Notes: generated from the letters alone by a model not told the origin. DNA of 63,998 nt from Psammoneis japonica (GCA_008632985.1 QPGO01000307.1:1-63998), one strand, 5' to 3'; shown: positions 1 to 12,532, counted from the first letter of the stretch. Translations and numbers: made by a program.

Positions 1-665
1 TTCTTTTGGCTTACAAGATCAAGTACCCCGAAAACTTTTTCGTACTCCGTGGTAACCACGAGTGCGCCTCCATCAACCGTATTTATGGTTTCTACGATGA
101 GTGCAAGAGACGGTTCGGAATCAAGCTGTGGAAGACATTCACTGATTGTTTCAACTGCCTCCCTTGCGCTGCTGTTATCGATGAAAAAATCTTTTGCATG
201 CATGGCGGATTGAGCCCCGAGCTAACGAGCTTGGACCAGGTGAAACGCATTGTCCGTCCTACAGATGTTCCTGACACTGGTCTTTTGTGCGATCTCTTGT
301 GGTCGGATCCCGACAAGGATATTGATGGCTGGGGTGAGAACGATAGGGGCGTATCGTTCACGTTTGGAGAAGACATTGTGGCACAGTTCCTTCACAAGCA
401 TGATCTCGATCTCATCTGCCGTGCCCACCAGGTTGTGGAGGACGGATATGAGTTCTTTGCGCGAAGGCAACTTGTCACACTCTTTTCGGCTCCGAACTAT
501 TGTGGAGAGTTTGACAATGCTGGTGCCATGATGAGTGTTGACGAGACCCTCATGTGCTCGTTTCAGATTTTGAAGCCGGCCGAGAAGCGACAGCGTTTCT
601 CTTACACTGCTGGCGGTGGAGGACGGCCCGGAACTCCTCAGGCCCAAACCGCCGGAGGACGGTAA
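1..665 (+). CDS. PP1: Serine/threonine protein phosphatase 1 catalytic subunit (5' end outside window)
   Basis: ORF 6..665 contains PPP motifs [38 protein letters not shown] and SAPNYCGEF, with the PP1-typical ending [12 protein letters not shown]. Confidence 0.96.
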   Translation, partial: LLAYKIKYPENFFVLRGNHECASINRIYGFYDECKRRFGIKLWKTFTDCFNCLPCAAVIDEKIFCMHGGLSPELTSLDQVKRIVRPTDVPDTGLLCDLLWSDPDKDIDGWGENDRGVSFTFGEDIVAQFLHKHDLDLICRAHQVVEDGYEFFARRQLVTLFSAPNYCGEFDNAGAMMSVDETLMCSFQILKPAEKRQRFSYTAGGGGRPGTPQAQTAGGR

Positions 666-2706
666 TGATGTATTCTTCTTAACAAGAAACCCGGTCTCAA
701 CCGTAGACGCTTACCGATTTCAGGAAAATCCTTTCTGGAGTCCTGTAAATGTAGCATAGTATAAGGTAGCGTAATCAATGGAACTATCGCGATTATTCAG
801 AACTTCTCTATCTATCTCTAGAATTTTTCTTCCATAAGCCCACCGGTGCTCGAATCTGCGAGTCAAAAAGCCGAAGCGCTGAGAGATTGCCCTGGGTGTT
901 GGTGTGTCCCTGCTGTTGGAGGCTCAAACTCTGACCTCTGGCCACAATGAGCGGGGCCAGAAAAGCAAGAGTGAATGCAACAGGGCAAAGAGAGGAGGTG
1001 CTTCACTGTGGCAGAGAGATGTGTTCCCGCCACACGTGAACATGCACATGAAAGAAAAAAAATGATTTTTGCATGGTTGCCAACTTGCGATGGAGGACAA
1101 AATGCCTCCCCACTTGTTTGCAATTTTTTGATGCGCCAACAAGACCTGCAACAGTGTGTGCCAAAATGAGCAGCTGCACTCCTTTCCCATTGTGTTGTGC
1201 ATCACAGCTTGAGAGTGAAGTGCCTGTGTCCTCTGTCCTTGTGAGTTGACAAATTTTGAACAAAAACTTCCAGTTGTGCAAACATTTGTCAATGGTGGCA
1301 ACAAGTTTGTGCTTTTTGCAAATTTGACAGAGCAATTTTTGTCCAGCACAAAGAGCTGATTTGAGCTGGTGGTGAAATGTTCATGCCAGGAGACATGCAG
1401 AAATGACTTCACAGTCTGAGTCATGTGCACAGAACTTGACACAGAATGATGCATCATGTTTCTTGCACAAGCCATCAGTTGTTGTGTGAATGAAATGTAA
1501 AATGGATGGTCTGTCTCAGGGGTGGGGGGATGCCCAAGGAAAGGCACATGTGTCAAAGGCAGAAGATGGAGATCATTCTTTGTCAGCCTTTTGGCAGCAG
1601 TGGGGCCAAAGAAGCTGCCATTTCAAAGACAGTGCAAGACTGCTTTCAGCACCTGGACAAGCACGACACACACATGTGAGCTCCTCCAAGCAAGACAGGG
1701 CCAGTGACTGCAGCACTCAAGAACAGGCTCAAGAGTGCACCCCAAATTGACTGAGTCCAAACCTCCAGTGAGCGTGCTTCAAAATGCAGAGACCTCCAAG
1801 AATGCCCAAAAAGCTGCACCAGCTCATGGCACCAAAACACTTTCTCAGAGAAAGAAGCAACAAGGTGGGCAGTGCTGCTGTGGACAGCAAGCAACTTTCA
1901 GCAGAGTCACGAGCAAGCTGTGCACATTGACTCAAACTCAGATTGATTGATGTCACACTCAAATTGGCTGCAGACATCCCAACAGAATCTTGAGTGCACA
2001 TGCTGGCATCACTTTCCTTGTCTCTCTTGGCACTCTGACAGCACAGATCCTGATTCTGCACTTTTGCCTTGCACCACCCTTGCTTGAGCTGCAGAAATCA
2101 AGCTCAATCAAGTTCTTGCTCCAGCTCCTCCATTGTTGGCTTTTTGCAATCAGCAGCACACTCTGCATGCTCCTGCTGAGCCAGATCAAGATCAAGGTCA
2201 AGCTCTTTTGCCTTGGCCCAGATTTTCACAAGGAACTTTGCATGATGTGAGCTGCTTTCTTCTTTTGCACTTAATTGTTTGCTGGAGCCACTTGGGTCAT
2301 GATGTCATCCTTGGAATGTTTGGAGCTGTCAAGCACCAAAGAATCTGTCAAGTCATGAAAAACTTGATCAAGAGTCTTTTGATGGTCTGGAACAGATGGC
2401 ATTGGCACAGGAATGGCTCAGAGATTTGCCACCCTGTTTGGACAGATTGGCTGGCTGAGCTCCTTGTGTGTGTGCAGCACTCCCTGGCTGGTTGCCATTT
2501 CCATTCTCCCCATGGAACAGAAGCAAAACATTCCTCAGCACATTTCCTTCTCCCTGGTTGAGTCAAAAAATTTGTCACCATTGTGTCCATGGCTGCTTGC
2601 TCCATTCTCATGCTTGGTTGCCCCCAAGAAGCCCCAGAAGCTGATGTCATCTATCCAAGCCATTGCAGGCACAAACAATGCTGTCCCCACAAGCTCTTTC
2701 AACTCA

Positions 2707-3096
2707 GACGTGTTCCAGGTCTAGGTGGGACCTCGCACTACTGAACTGTGACATCGATAGTTTTTTGAATCACGTCGTATGTCGCGCACGTAGATTTCTA
2801 CGTGATTTTTTCGATATTTTGTGTCATTTTACGGTACACTTATTGAGCGATCCGTCCAAAAACTTTTGACATTTATTGTTACAGCGCGATTCTATAATGT
2901 CTTAAGAATCGCGTAGGGCAGGTGCATTTGCAAAAACGTCGAGTGGTAAGAGGCATAATTGTACCACAAACTTGGCCGTTTATTTGATGTTGAAGATAAA
3001 TGTATCCATTAATTAAATTCTCGTACTACGGAGCTCGCACGTAGAATTCTACGGGCCCAATGTCACACGGAGTCCCACCTAGGGCTGGAACGCGTC
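2707..3096 (+). mobile_element. MITE, 390 bp, family 1 copy A (least mutated)
   Basis: TIRs GACG(T/C)GTTCCAGgtCTAGGTGGGAC ... GTCCCACCTAGggCTGGAACGCGTC. 4-bp TSD CTCA at 2703-2706 and 3097-3100. Colinear with 42690-43079. Confidence 0.92.
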
Positions 3097-4895
3097 CTCA
3101 GGCAAATCTTTGCTTGTTGTCTTTCTTGAGCACTGTGAGCCAAAGTGCCAGGCTTTGCAACAGCCACTCCATGTTTGACTGCACATGCTTGCTGAGCCAT
3201 GACCTGACATCTGTCACAGTCCACTCAACATTTTCATCATGCCACACAACAGATGGCCATTTGCCATCTTCTTCTGTGCAAACACATGAGCAAGTGTGTT
3301 GCAGATTTCTTTGTCAAGATCACTGGAACACTCCAAATCCACTTTTTCATCCCCCACAAGATTTGAGCACACTTGTGGGCATGCATCTTTGCAACACTTT
3401 CAAGGCACAGTGACGTGCAATCATCTGACAAAGCTCAGAGGATCAATCCTGCTCCAAATGGCCCACTTTGCTTTGAGTCCCACATCATGCCAAGGACATC
3501 CATTGGCCCCACATCTGACAGAAGAAAAAATGCAAACTGTTGTTCCTTCCCTTTTTGCTTGCTGAACAACAACAAAGTCTGCTGAAATGCCATGAGAAGA
3601 AATGCAACACTGGACTCAGCAAATTCAGCCAGCAACTGTGCCAGATCTCACAGGTCCAGCAAAATGTCTTGCACCTTCTCTGATTTGTGAAAGTGGCTGT
3701 TTGTGTTGTGTGCAAATGTCTCTGCTTTTTAACGCCACCTTTCATTTTTTGTGGCACCTTCACAGCTGCACTGATGAAGCAAAAGTGAAAGCAAAAACTC
3801 GCTGTTGTCAAGCTTTTGCAAGTTGGGCAAGATGACATTTAAAGTTTTTTTGTGCTGCAGGTGCGCTGCACATTTCCAAACCCTTTCGCATCAAATTTGC
3901 CTTTTGTCAGAGTGGCGCAACAAGCAAAAGAGTGAAAAGAGCTGTCTTTCCTGGTGTGTTGGAAGAGAGTTGTTCAGAGCTGATTGTCGCCAATGGTGGA
4001 AGCTCTGCAGGGAAAGCTGCGCGCCGGATTGTTCGCACTTGACATGACTGCCAACCCAACAAGCTCAGCAAAAATGGCACTCAAGGACTCTTCACTCTCT
4101 GTGTTTGCATTGCCAGTTGCACTCATGGGAACAATGGAGGAAGAAGAGTTGTGCCTCAGAGTCATCAATGAGCCACTTGGGCACACTGTTGTAAAAATGT
4201 TTGCACCTCATTGAGCGCTGGGGATTGTCAAAAAACAATTCAGCAAAGCAAATCAACTGATGAGCCATTTGGCAGAGGTTGTGCAGGTGCAGGTGCCTCA
4301 ATTTTGTTTGTGTGCTGTTTGCAGAAAAACTTTCTTGGGGTTGATGTTGCTCAGCAGCTTCTGTTGCACTTGCTCCTGTGACACACAGATGCTGTGAAGA
4401 GAAGCACATTTTTGCTTGCCACAAAGTCCAGTGAAACACTTGGCACAAAATGTGCGCACATGGGGGTTGGCACTGTTGTCCTCTGCATTGTCTGTTGCAG
4501 CTCAAAGCACATGCGCACCTCTTCTTTGATCTGGTTGAAACATCTTGAAGGCAGAAATCATGAAAACCCTGCGCAGCATGTTTTGTTGAACAGACAACTC
4601 TTGGTGAGGGCTGGCAGACAAGGTGACAAGAAATTGGCATGTGTCTCCATCACAATTTCCAGCACAAATGAGGAGGCAGGCAACTCCACGAGGCCAAACT
4701 CAGCAAAAAATGTCAAAGCCTCTCTTTGTGCAACAAGTCAAGTGATGAAATTGATTTGGCATGACACACTGCAAAGTTTTCCAAATGAAGCAGCAGGCTT
4801 GAAGTGACAGCAGCAAAAAAGAAGAAAAGCAAACAAAGAAAATGAAAACTCAAGCCGACAATTTCATGAAAATGGGCCATTTTCAAAAGAAGACA

Positions 4896-5155
4896 GGCCT
4901 GTCCCAGCTCCAGGTGATCCACTTTTCATCACACGAGAGGCCGATTTTCTGCGCAGTTTGGCGCAATTGGCTCTTTCAATTTTGATCGTTTCGAAAATCA
5001 AAAGGTGAGTGCACACCCGAAAACACGTGCAAAGTGCACACTCACCCTTTGATTTGGCAAAAAACGGATTTGGAAAAAGTCAATTGCGCCAAATGCACAA
5101 ATTGCCAAATGATGGGAATCGAAACCGAGCGGAGCACCTGGAGCTGGAACAGGCC
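4896..5155. mobile_element. MITE, 260 bp, family 2
   Basis: TIRs GGCCTGTCCCAGCTCCAGGTG ... CACCTGGAGCTGGAACAGGCC. 4-bp TSD GACA at 4892-4895 and 5156-5159. Confidence 0.88.
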
Positions 5156-5298
5156 GACAGACCTCGTCCAGCAAATGCCTCAGCTGCACACTGCAAACAA
5201 GAAACCAGTGTGTGAAAAGCCAGTTTTGGGCTGTTGAGTCCCAGCTGTCATGGGTCTTGTCACAAGGCCAGCAAATCAACATGAAAATTTCCCAATCT

Positions 5299-5690
5299 GA
5301 CGGGTTCCAGTCCCAGGTGGGACTTTTTGTGACACATTTGCCCCGCAGAATTCTGCGTGCGAGCTCTGCAGTTCGCACTGTGGTCAATGGATGTGCTCAT
5401 CTTTGACACAAAACAAGGCAGCCAAGTTTGCAGCACATGCATCTCTGTTCGCACTCGAAGTTTTGGGCAGTGCGCCTGCCCTGCGCCATTCTCAAGACAC
5501 TTGAGAATGGCGCAGAAGAAAAAAATGTAAAAAGTTGTTGAATGGATCGCCTGACAATTGCACCATAAAATGATGCAAAATTTTGCCAAAATCACATAGA
5601 AATGCACATGCGCGACATGTGATGCAATTTAAAAAACTGTCGATGCCACAGTTCTTCAGTGCGAGGTCCCACCTGGACCTGGAACGCATC
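5299..5690 (-). mobile_element. MITE, 392 bp, family 1 copy B (inverted, diverged subfamily)
   Basis: Ends GACGGGTTCCAGTCCCAGGTGGGAC ... GTCCCACCTGGACCTGGAACGCATC. 4-bp TSD ATCT at 5295-5298 and 5691-5694. Reverse complement aligns to 2707-3096. Confidence 0.9.
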
Positions 5691-6189
5691 ATCTTTTGTT
5701 CTTCGAGTGGGCCGGTTTCTTGACAAGAAGAAGCAAATGTGAGAGAGAGATCCAACATTTTCTTGCAGCCCCACATCATGAAAAACCCTCTGCAACGTTC
5801 GAGACACACTCGTCAACCTGATCGACAAAAACCGCACCGCCTCGATGTGCTCTGTTTGCCATGATGACAGTTGGCCATGACTTTCTCTTGAGCGTTGTGC
5901 GCCCAGTGTTGTTGTGCACAAACGAGGCCAAACTGACGACAGGTCATTGTCGTTAAATCGTTTTTTCCGTTGAACTCTTTATCATTTTCCGTTGGGCATT
6001 AATGCCAATGTCATGGTTAAATACTCACATGTTTTACAGTTCTTTTGCCTTTCCGAAAATGAGAGAAGGGCATAACATGAAGGAGAAAGGGGACTATGTA
6101 CTTTAGTCGCAACTGACATAGTGAGGCGGATAATGCCCCGTTTTATTGACAAAAAATAATGCCCACAGCTTACATGATAAAGGCATTAT

Positions 6190-6783
6190 GACCTTGATGT
6201 CCGAGCATAAATTCGATTTTTATCCCTTTCATATTGTCAAAGGTCATTTTCAAAATTTCAAACTCTGTGACCATAAACGACATTTTCTCCTGCAAACCTT
6301 TATGTATGTATGCGTGGTGTAGCTAGTATTGCCTTACTTAGATTTATGCCTACTAGAGAGTAGACACTTATGGCTGGAAAGTAACTGCCAAGGCCCAGAG
6401 CGATTTTTATTGTGGTTGCAATGACGGTGTTATGTTGTGAGTTACTCTGCCCCCCCGTACTTACAGTATCGCCCTGGTCTGGGCAGGCACGTGACCTTGA
6501 TGTCAGTTCGAGCATAAAATCTATCGATCTTTTATCCTATCAAAAGTCATTTTCAAAATTTCAAATTTTGTTTTCATAAACACTTTTCTCCCACACCTCT
6601 ATTATATCTTTTAGATTTATGCTCAGACATTTTGGCTGGAAGTGCCAAGGCCCAGAGCGATTTTATTGGGGCTGCAATGACGATGTTATTGTGAGGTGTT
6701 GTGAAAGGCCGGCATTGGAGCTTGCAAATAACACAAAAAGCGGCACTCTGTCCCATGCTGACAGTATTGCCCTGGTCTAGGCC
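6190..6783. repeat. Degenerate tandem duplication, ~300-bp unit x2
   Basis: Blocks GACCTTGATGTC, GTCATTTTCAAAATTTCAAA, TAGATTTATGC, GCCAAGGCCCAGAGCGATTTT and GCCCTGGTCT each occur twice in the same order ~300 bp apart. Confidence 0.8.
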
Positions 6784-6856
6784 CTAGGGGCTTACTGTTG
6801 ATGAACAAGTCACAAATTTTCGCACAAGGGTGATGCAATTGTAAACGACCAATAAA

Positions 6857-7468
6857 ATGAGAATGATGAAGAATGTTACCCAAATGATGGTGATTTTCGT
6901 AGTAGCGGCGACCTGTTCACAACAAGGACAGTGTCGAACACTGAAAGCTCGTCGTGAACGAAAGCATCGCCTTGGAAGAAGAAAACACAAGGCCAGGCAC
7001 AAATCTCCTTTGCCACCTTTCACGCCCACCATGTCGCCTACAATGATGCCTGCACTAGCTCCTGACATATTTTCTCCGACATTCACGCCTGCACCAACCT
7101 TTGTCGCGCTCACAATGGGTTCTCCGTGGTTGTCAACAGATCAACACTTGGAACTGAAAAAGCCGTGGAATGGACATCCCACAAAAACAAGGCTTGTCAA
7201 TGCCGGAGTAAAGGGCGATTTGTTGAATATAGTCGAGAACCAGATTCAGATCATGCGTAAATGTGAGACTGTTGATTGCATTCGTCGTTGCAGAACGCTC
7301 CTCGAGGAGGTGGCAACAAGTGCGCTTCACGAAGGTATGATTCCCAAAGGTACCATGTACGTGATTAAATCCATTACGCTGAATGAATCCATCAAAATGA
7401 AAAGGAAGATTACGCGAAAGGCTCGTAATGAAAGAAAACAAGCCAGGAGCAACGGTAACAAGACGTGA
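6857..7468 (+). CDS. Hypothetical, possibly secreted protein with Pro/Thr-rich linker
   Basis: 203-aa ATG ORF with a hydrophobic N-terminus (MMVIFVVAATCS), a basic patch and PTMSPT/PTPAPT repeats typical of diatom secreted proteins. No domain recognised. Confidence 0.5.
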   Translation: MRMMKNVTQMMVIFVVAATCSQQGQCRTLKARRERKHRLGRRKHKARHKSPLPPFTPTMSPTMMPALAPDIFSPTFTPAPTFVALTMGSPWLSTDQHLELKKPWNGHPTKTRLVNAGVKGDLLNIVENQIQIMRKCETVDCIRRCRTLLEEVATSALHEGMIPKGTMYVIKSITLNESIKMKRKITRKARNERKQARSNGNKT

Positions 7469-8299
7469 TGCATCAGCGTTCAGTCGCCAAGATGGTATTT
7501 CCGACGTTTCGATAGTTGGAGATACAGAACGAGATAATTGAAAAGGGGTGCACCAGCAAGTACGACAGATGGTGCAAAGTTCTTTGCAATGTACTGATAC
7601 TGCGCCTGCGAGTCGGTCGGGAGTGACTGACCATCGATCGAGTTGTGCTGTCACCTACTCCATTTGAGGGAGCAGAAATCTTGAATCTTGAGCCCGCTCG
7701 ACATCATTACTTCAGGTGGCTTTCTGTTGCTACAGTTGCATCCCTAGATATGAACTTCTTTCGCTGGACGATACGCATTATCGGATCGGGAGTTACTCGC
7801 CATGTGGCTCGAGTTGCTTGGCCTCGTCGATTTCGCTGACAATGTGATAGAGCAAAGCAAATTCTATGCTTGAAATTGCTCGATAACACTGCCTCAAGTG
7901 GTGTTCCCGGTACATATTAAGTAGCAAAGCTCTTACTTACTACCGCAAGTTCCAATACTTCTGAGAATCGGTCGGGAGTGTCTCACCATCGCTCGAGTTT
8001 GTGGTGTCATCGATTTGAAAGAGAGAGTCAGTCAAACTCCAAGCTTGAGCTCTATCGATATCATTGCCTCTCAATTGGTATTCCAGCTGTATTTCGAAGT
8101 AGGTAGAGATACTCCTCCTGACCGTGTCTGCACGACTTGAGAGGTATTCTCTAAATGTAGAGAGTCTCTCTCATCAGAAAAAGCTTACACCGATTGAACG
8201 GTTTGATATGCTCTGAACTTCCTCCTATTCAATTAAGGTACTAGTACATAACCAACAATACTATCGTACACACACAAAGACTCCCCATATCTTCCCCAA

Positions 8300-9229
8300 C
8301 TACGTTTCAACCCCACTGCTTGTGTCTTGATATGCTTGATAGTCAGTTGCATCCACCGTGCCAGCAGCGTTGCCATTTCTCATTTCAATCGCCGACGATT
8401 CGTCAGCAATCACTTGTCCACGCTGCACAACCCAATACCAATGGGCCTGAAAACGTAGCCAATTTCCACCAACTGCCAACAAGGGCGTCACGCCCGCCAC
8501 CATGATCCAAAAACTCCTCCATCCACGCGAGGTTCGTTCATAATCATCCATGTCTTCCACAAGGCTCATTTGGTTCAATACATACAGGGCACTCGCAATA
8601 CAAAACACCATCCATACGAAAAAGATACAAACGAGAGCTTTTGCTTTGTTTCGAGAACCATTCGATGCTGCCAAATCGAATTCGATATCCGTCTTGGGCT
8701 GTCCCGAAAAGGGTTTGTTGGGTTTGAGAAGAATCGTGACTTGTTCTCGGAAATAGTGTTGAAAGATGCGAACCTTTTTCTGAATGGTTGCACCCGTCTC
8801 GGGATGACGATAAAAGACATGACCGTACCGTGATAGACGGGGACAAAAGCCTGTAATGGGTTCGACATTGCCAAGAACCGACTTGGAATCACTGTTCAGG
8901 TAGGATTGCATCAATTGTCGTCTCTTGGGAACAAACACCACGACATAGACCAACAGACAGGTCCATACACAGAAAAACGCCAGAAATGTCATTTCCATGT
9001 CGTACAAGGGCATCATGGGATCGGCATTGTTGCGAATATAATTCTGTAAGGTATAGTCGTCGTTGAAATTCTGATAGGGAATGTTGTAAATTGGAACATT
9101 GGGTCTCACAGCAGCTTCGTGAAGCATGTACAGCATTACAATCAACAGCGGCAGAGATGCCAGTGCAAATTGAAAAACGGAACCACTTGAGGGAGCCAAG
9201 TGGTGTTGATTATTAGAAGAAGACGTCAT
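8300..9229 (-). CDS. Hypothetical multi-pass membrane protein
   Basis: ~309-aa ORF from the ATG at 9229 with about four hydrophobic segments and normal codon composition. Confidence 0.75.
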   Translation of the reverse strand: MTSSSNNQHHLAPSSGSVFQFALASLPLLIVMLYMLHEAAVRPNVPIYNIPYQNFNDDYTLQNYIRNNADPMMPLYDMEMTFLAFFCVWTCLLVYVVVFVPKRRQLMQSYLNSDSKSVLGNVEPITGFCPRLSRYGHVFYRHPETGATIQKKVRIFQHYFREQVTILLKPNKPFSGQPKTDIEFDLAASNGSRNKAKALVCIFFVWMVFCIASALYVLNQMSLVEDMDDYERTSRGWRSFWIMVAGVTPLLAVGGNWLRFQAHWYWVVQRGQVIADESSAIEMRNGNAAGTVDATDYQAYQDTSSGVET

Positions 9230-9601
9230 GGTGGCGTGCACTGATGCTTCTTTTAGCTGTTGATGTTTCTTTTTCGACCGGCGACTCGCTCATGGCGATC
9301 TTCGCTAAAACTGCCGCCGCCGCGGAGTCGGGATTTTGGAATGTATTCTCTGTCTAATTAGTGTATCAGAGATTGAATACATTACTTAATTGACTGTCGC
9401 CAAACAAGAGGTCTTTGGAATGTCAAGACTGGTACAATTCTACGTGAGGAAGCGTTGGTTTTCATGTGTATCGCCTATTCCAAAATATTGGATCATGAAG
9501 GTAGTATTGGATCGGACCGTTGACTTGGTGCTGGTGGCACATATCCAAATTTTTTCTCGCCACATTTTTCTTTCCAAAGAAGACTGCCGGAGAAAAACAC
9601 A

Positions 9602-10039
9602 ATGGCGAGGCAACGCAGGGTGTTTGGAGTACTGCTTTTGCTCGCAATCTTTCTGTTGGATAGAGCTCAAGGCAGTCATCATCATTACAAGAGTTTGAAA
9701 AAGAAGGAATCAGAGTCGTGGCATCCGTGGGCGTTGAGACGTCACCGAGGTGCACGAAAAGCTGCAAACAACAACAACAAGAGCAACTTGAGGCAAACAC
9801 GACGAGTAGAAGATGGATGGAATTACAGAGGCTACGATGTCAACAATGATGAAGGAACGGAATACTTTGGAGACATGTTTGTGACGGCCCCAAAAGAGTG
9901 GACGCCGTTGGAGTGGGGATTGTTTGCAGCCATGATGACGACATTTGCAGTAGCTTTTTTCTGCTTTTGTATCTTGGTGATCATTCCCCGTTGTTGTGGA
10001 TGCTTTGGACCGACACTGTACGCGTTACTGGTGACATAG
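9602..10039 (+). CDS. Small protein with signal peptide and C-terminal TM/Cys-rich segment
   Basis: 145-aa ORF with signal-like FGVLLLLAIFLL and a C-terminal hydrophobic helix followed by PRCCGC. Confidence 0.7.
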   Translation: MARQRRVFGVLLLLAIFLLDRAQGSHHHYKSLKKKESESWHPWALRRHRGARKAANNNNKSNLRQTRRVEDGWNYRGYDVNNDEGTEYFGDMFVTAPKEWTPLEWGLFAAMMTTFAVAFFCFCILVIIPRCCGCFGPTLYALLVT

Positions 10040-10798
10040 TACCGTTGCAACGAAAAAGAGAAACAATTCTCCGGACAATGAATTTTAAGTAGTTACAAAT
10101 TATAGATCACACTATCACACTCAACGCATCACATATCCAACAAAGATATGCGTCGTTCCTTGTTGCTCGGTTTTCTTTTTTTATTTCGAGAGCACAAGTA
10201 AGTCGAATGACATCGCCTTTGCGTTGAGCTAGTCTATGTTTTTTGGTATTCAGGGTATCTGACGAAGCTTGGCTCTAACCACCATTTTTCCGCGTCTCGT
10301 CACATTCCGCGACATCAGCCCCCATCAAACCTTTCGTTCTATCGCCTCTTTTGTATGAAAAGCCTTGCAAACTTCCCAAATATTGCATGCGCTAGTATAC
10401 TGAGAGATGCCAGTGCTTTGTTTCAACACTGATGTTGATTGCAGCCGCGGCAAGAAAGCATGTGCATTCGGCGTACTGTACGGTCTGGCGAAGCTCGTCA
10501 TTGCAGTCGTCAAGAACAACAGTTGCGGCCGTGCCCACTCTTTTTGGTATTTCTTGATGCCTAGCGTGGGTGATGGGTTGGCAGCAAGAACAACTGGAAT
10601 CAGAACAGAGTCGAAACTGATGGATTGAATATGTTCCAAACGACAACACTTACCGGAAGCGTATGCTTTGTAAGGTTACAGCAAATCTGCTGCCGGCGGC
10701 CATTGTATCGATGCTTTGACTGATATATTTTAAGCGAAACAATACCCTACCTCCAGCTCGGGTGCTCAAAGCGATGAGTAGGTCTTGTTTTGCTGGTT

Positions 10799-12241
10799 TC
10801 ACAAAGCCGTACCGTTGTCAACAGCTAGAATGAATTTGTTGCAGGTTCTCCCGTCGTAGAATGGTCGAGCCGTTCGAAAGGCGGCAGTTGCTCCATACGT
10901 GTAAGACGGCGAGCTCGTAATGACCAAGTCCGACTCGCCAATTAGATACCAATCAATCATAGCCTCTGCAAAGTCAGCAGTAGAAGTATTTCTGCCGAGA
11001 CGGCTGTGAATACCGCGTGCGTCTGTAGTCACAATTTCTCGCGGAATGACGGTTGAATTCCATTTCCGATTCTCAACCGGTACACGTAGATTCGCATCTT
11101 GGTCATGATAAGAGTCGATGAACCATTGTTTGAAGGGTGGTAGATCCGTAACCACCATCCACAGAATCTTGGTAAATGAGATCTCGTTATCTTCGCCACC
11201 TTTAGAGAGATACTTGGCTTCGAGACTGAGAGCACAATCCACTGCCGGCTGCACCATAGAGGTACGGCGGGGACTCACTCCCTCGTTGATATTCACATTC
11301 TTTTTACCCTTCTCCGCCTTGGCAACTTTGTCAGTTTGCCCCGTTCGAACATAAATCGCCATGACCAAGGCATTCTCATCTCGCAGAGTTGGAAGGATTC
11401 TCGAGAACAAGTCTGGCTGAAACTGTGAGGCTGTGGGAGCTAAATCAAACAGTCCACCAATGGCACACGCCATTCCTGTCTCTAGCTGAAAACCTGGAAG
11501 CGCCTGCTGCAACTCTCGAAGCTTACTCTGATTTTGTACATCTCGGTGAAGCCATCGAAAATTCGGAATACGAAGCCCATTAGGAAAGTTGGGGTATTTG
11601 GCAAAGGTTTTCAGTCCACTCGTGGACCTTGTACAGTGGTTTTCACCATTACAGGAGAAATTATACGGCACGGTCCAATTCATGGGGGTCGTCTTTGATA
11701 TTGGATCCGAACCTGACAGTGGCTGAAGAACGTTTCCAATTTCAACGTTTTCTCCATAATCAAACAGAATGCGACAACCTGCCAGAGTTGCGGAGATAAA
11801 TTCCGATGCTACTCGAGCTGTCCATGCTGAGACGCCTTCGTTCCAGGCATTTTGAGGGCGGTATAACAGTATACAGTCCGTTTCTTGTTCTCTTGGTTCA
11901 GACAAGGTCCAGCTGCAGTTCTTCGCAAACTGCTCTGACCCGTATCTTGGGAAGCGGTGAGAGACATGGGAAGAAGTTTTCTGCTGCTGAACCTGAGGAT
12001 CAACTTGTAGACGAGTGCGGAGCGATGATTTCGTTGAGAGAAAGAGAGATGCTCCCGCCAATAATAGAAGAAGAATAACGTGATTCGATGTTGAATGAAA
12101 GCATGATGGTGTCACCCGAGCCTTTTCTGCTTGGTTTTTTCTTTCCTTTACAAGAGGATTATTCACGCTCCTTCTCCTTAGGCGTACATTGTGCCGAGTC
12201 TTCTCTTGAAGAACAAGGTTGGTATCTTGTTTCGTCGTCAT
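10799..12241 (-). CDS. Type II membrane protein, putative fucosyltransferase-like glycosyltransferase
   Basis: N-terminal TM anchor. Motifs MAIYVRTG, WMVVTD and AMIDWYLIGESD...YTYG resemble motifs I-III of alpha-1,2/1,6/O-fucosyltransferases. Confidence 0.7.
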   Translation of the reverse strand: MTTKQDTNLVLQEKTRHNVRLRRRSVNNPLVKERKNQAEKARVTPSCFHSTSNHVILLLLLAGASLFLSTKSSLRTRLQVDPQVQQQKTSSHVSHRFPRYGSEQFAKNCSWTLSEPREQETDCILLYRPQNAWNEGVSAWTARVASEFISATLAGCRILFDYGENVEIGNVLQPLSGSDPISKTTPMNWTVPYNFSCNGENHCTRSTSGLKTFAKYPNFPNGLRIPNFRWLHRDVQNQSKLRELQQALPGFQLETGMACAIGGLFDLAPTASQFQPDLFSRILPTLRDENALVMAIYVRTGQTDKVAKAEKGKKNVNINEGVSPRRTSMVQPAVDCALSLEAKYLSKGGEDNEISFTKILWMVVTDLPPFKQWFIDSYHDQDANLRVPVENRKWNSTVIPREIVTTDARGIHSRLGRNTSTADFAEAMIDWYLIGESDLVITSSPSYTYGATAAFRTARPFYDGRTCNKFILAVDNGTAL

Positions 12242-12532
12242 ATTCACGCGAAGTCAACACGCAAACTCAAAACGTTGTGCTCGCCCGTCGTGTCATTGGC
12301 AATCCAGAAAATCTGTCCGAATGCATTTGAACTCGAAAAATCTTCATTTCCGGAAATAACATATCTAGACTAAATTACCGCACCGGTATGTCGTGAACAA
12401 ATCTGTTGTGATGAGACAGCAACCAGCTGTCTAGAGTGCTGTAGCTAGACAACTCGCCATCTACGACGTTGCTGCTGACAATGGGCACCATTGTGAAACC
12501 GCAACTGTTGTTCAGACTTGTGGGATTCTTAG

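Larger units (their letters stand above)
840..5950. other. TpA-depleted, TG/CA-rich degenerate domain A (relic repeat DNA with nested MITEs)
   Basis: TA dinucleotides nearly absent over ~5 kb except inside the MITE at 2707-3096. ORFs are Cys/His-rich, almost Tyr-free and without recognisable domains. Confidence 0.85.

Noticed and set aside
2707..3096. Fungal-type RIP (CA to TA) acting on MITE copy A
   Set aside because: TIR symmetry, conserved Tyr codons in the glucan-synthase relic and domain-wide absence of TA all point to TA as ancestral.
4394..4807. Possible piggyBac-like transposase C-terminus (CxxC motifs, AHLFFDLVE)
   Set aside because: Cys residues are expected by-products of the TA to TG change and no catalytic motif could be recognised.
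863..5921. Many 60-250 aa ORFs in all six frames here and in the other depleted domains
   Set aside because: They are Cys/His/Gln-rich, almost Tyr-free, overlap on both strands and almost all end in TGA. They are explained by loss of TAA/TAG stops, not by coding function.
840..5950. Sequencing or base-calling artefact as the cause of TA depletion
   Set aside because: Changes are context-specific, go to both TG and CA, stop at the exact ends of a nested MITE and spare adjacent genes. Raw reads should still be checked.
10325..10649. Short overlapping ORFs downstream of the glycosyltransferase-like gene
   Set aside because: No recognisable domain or convincing start.
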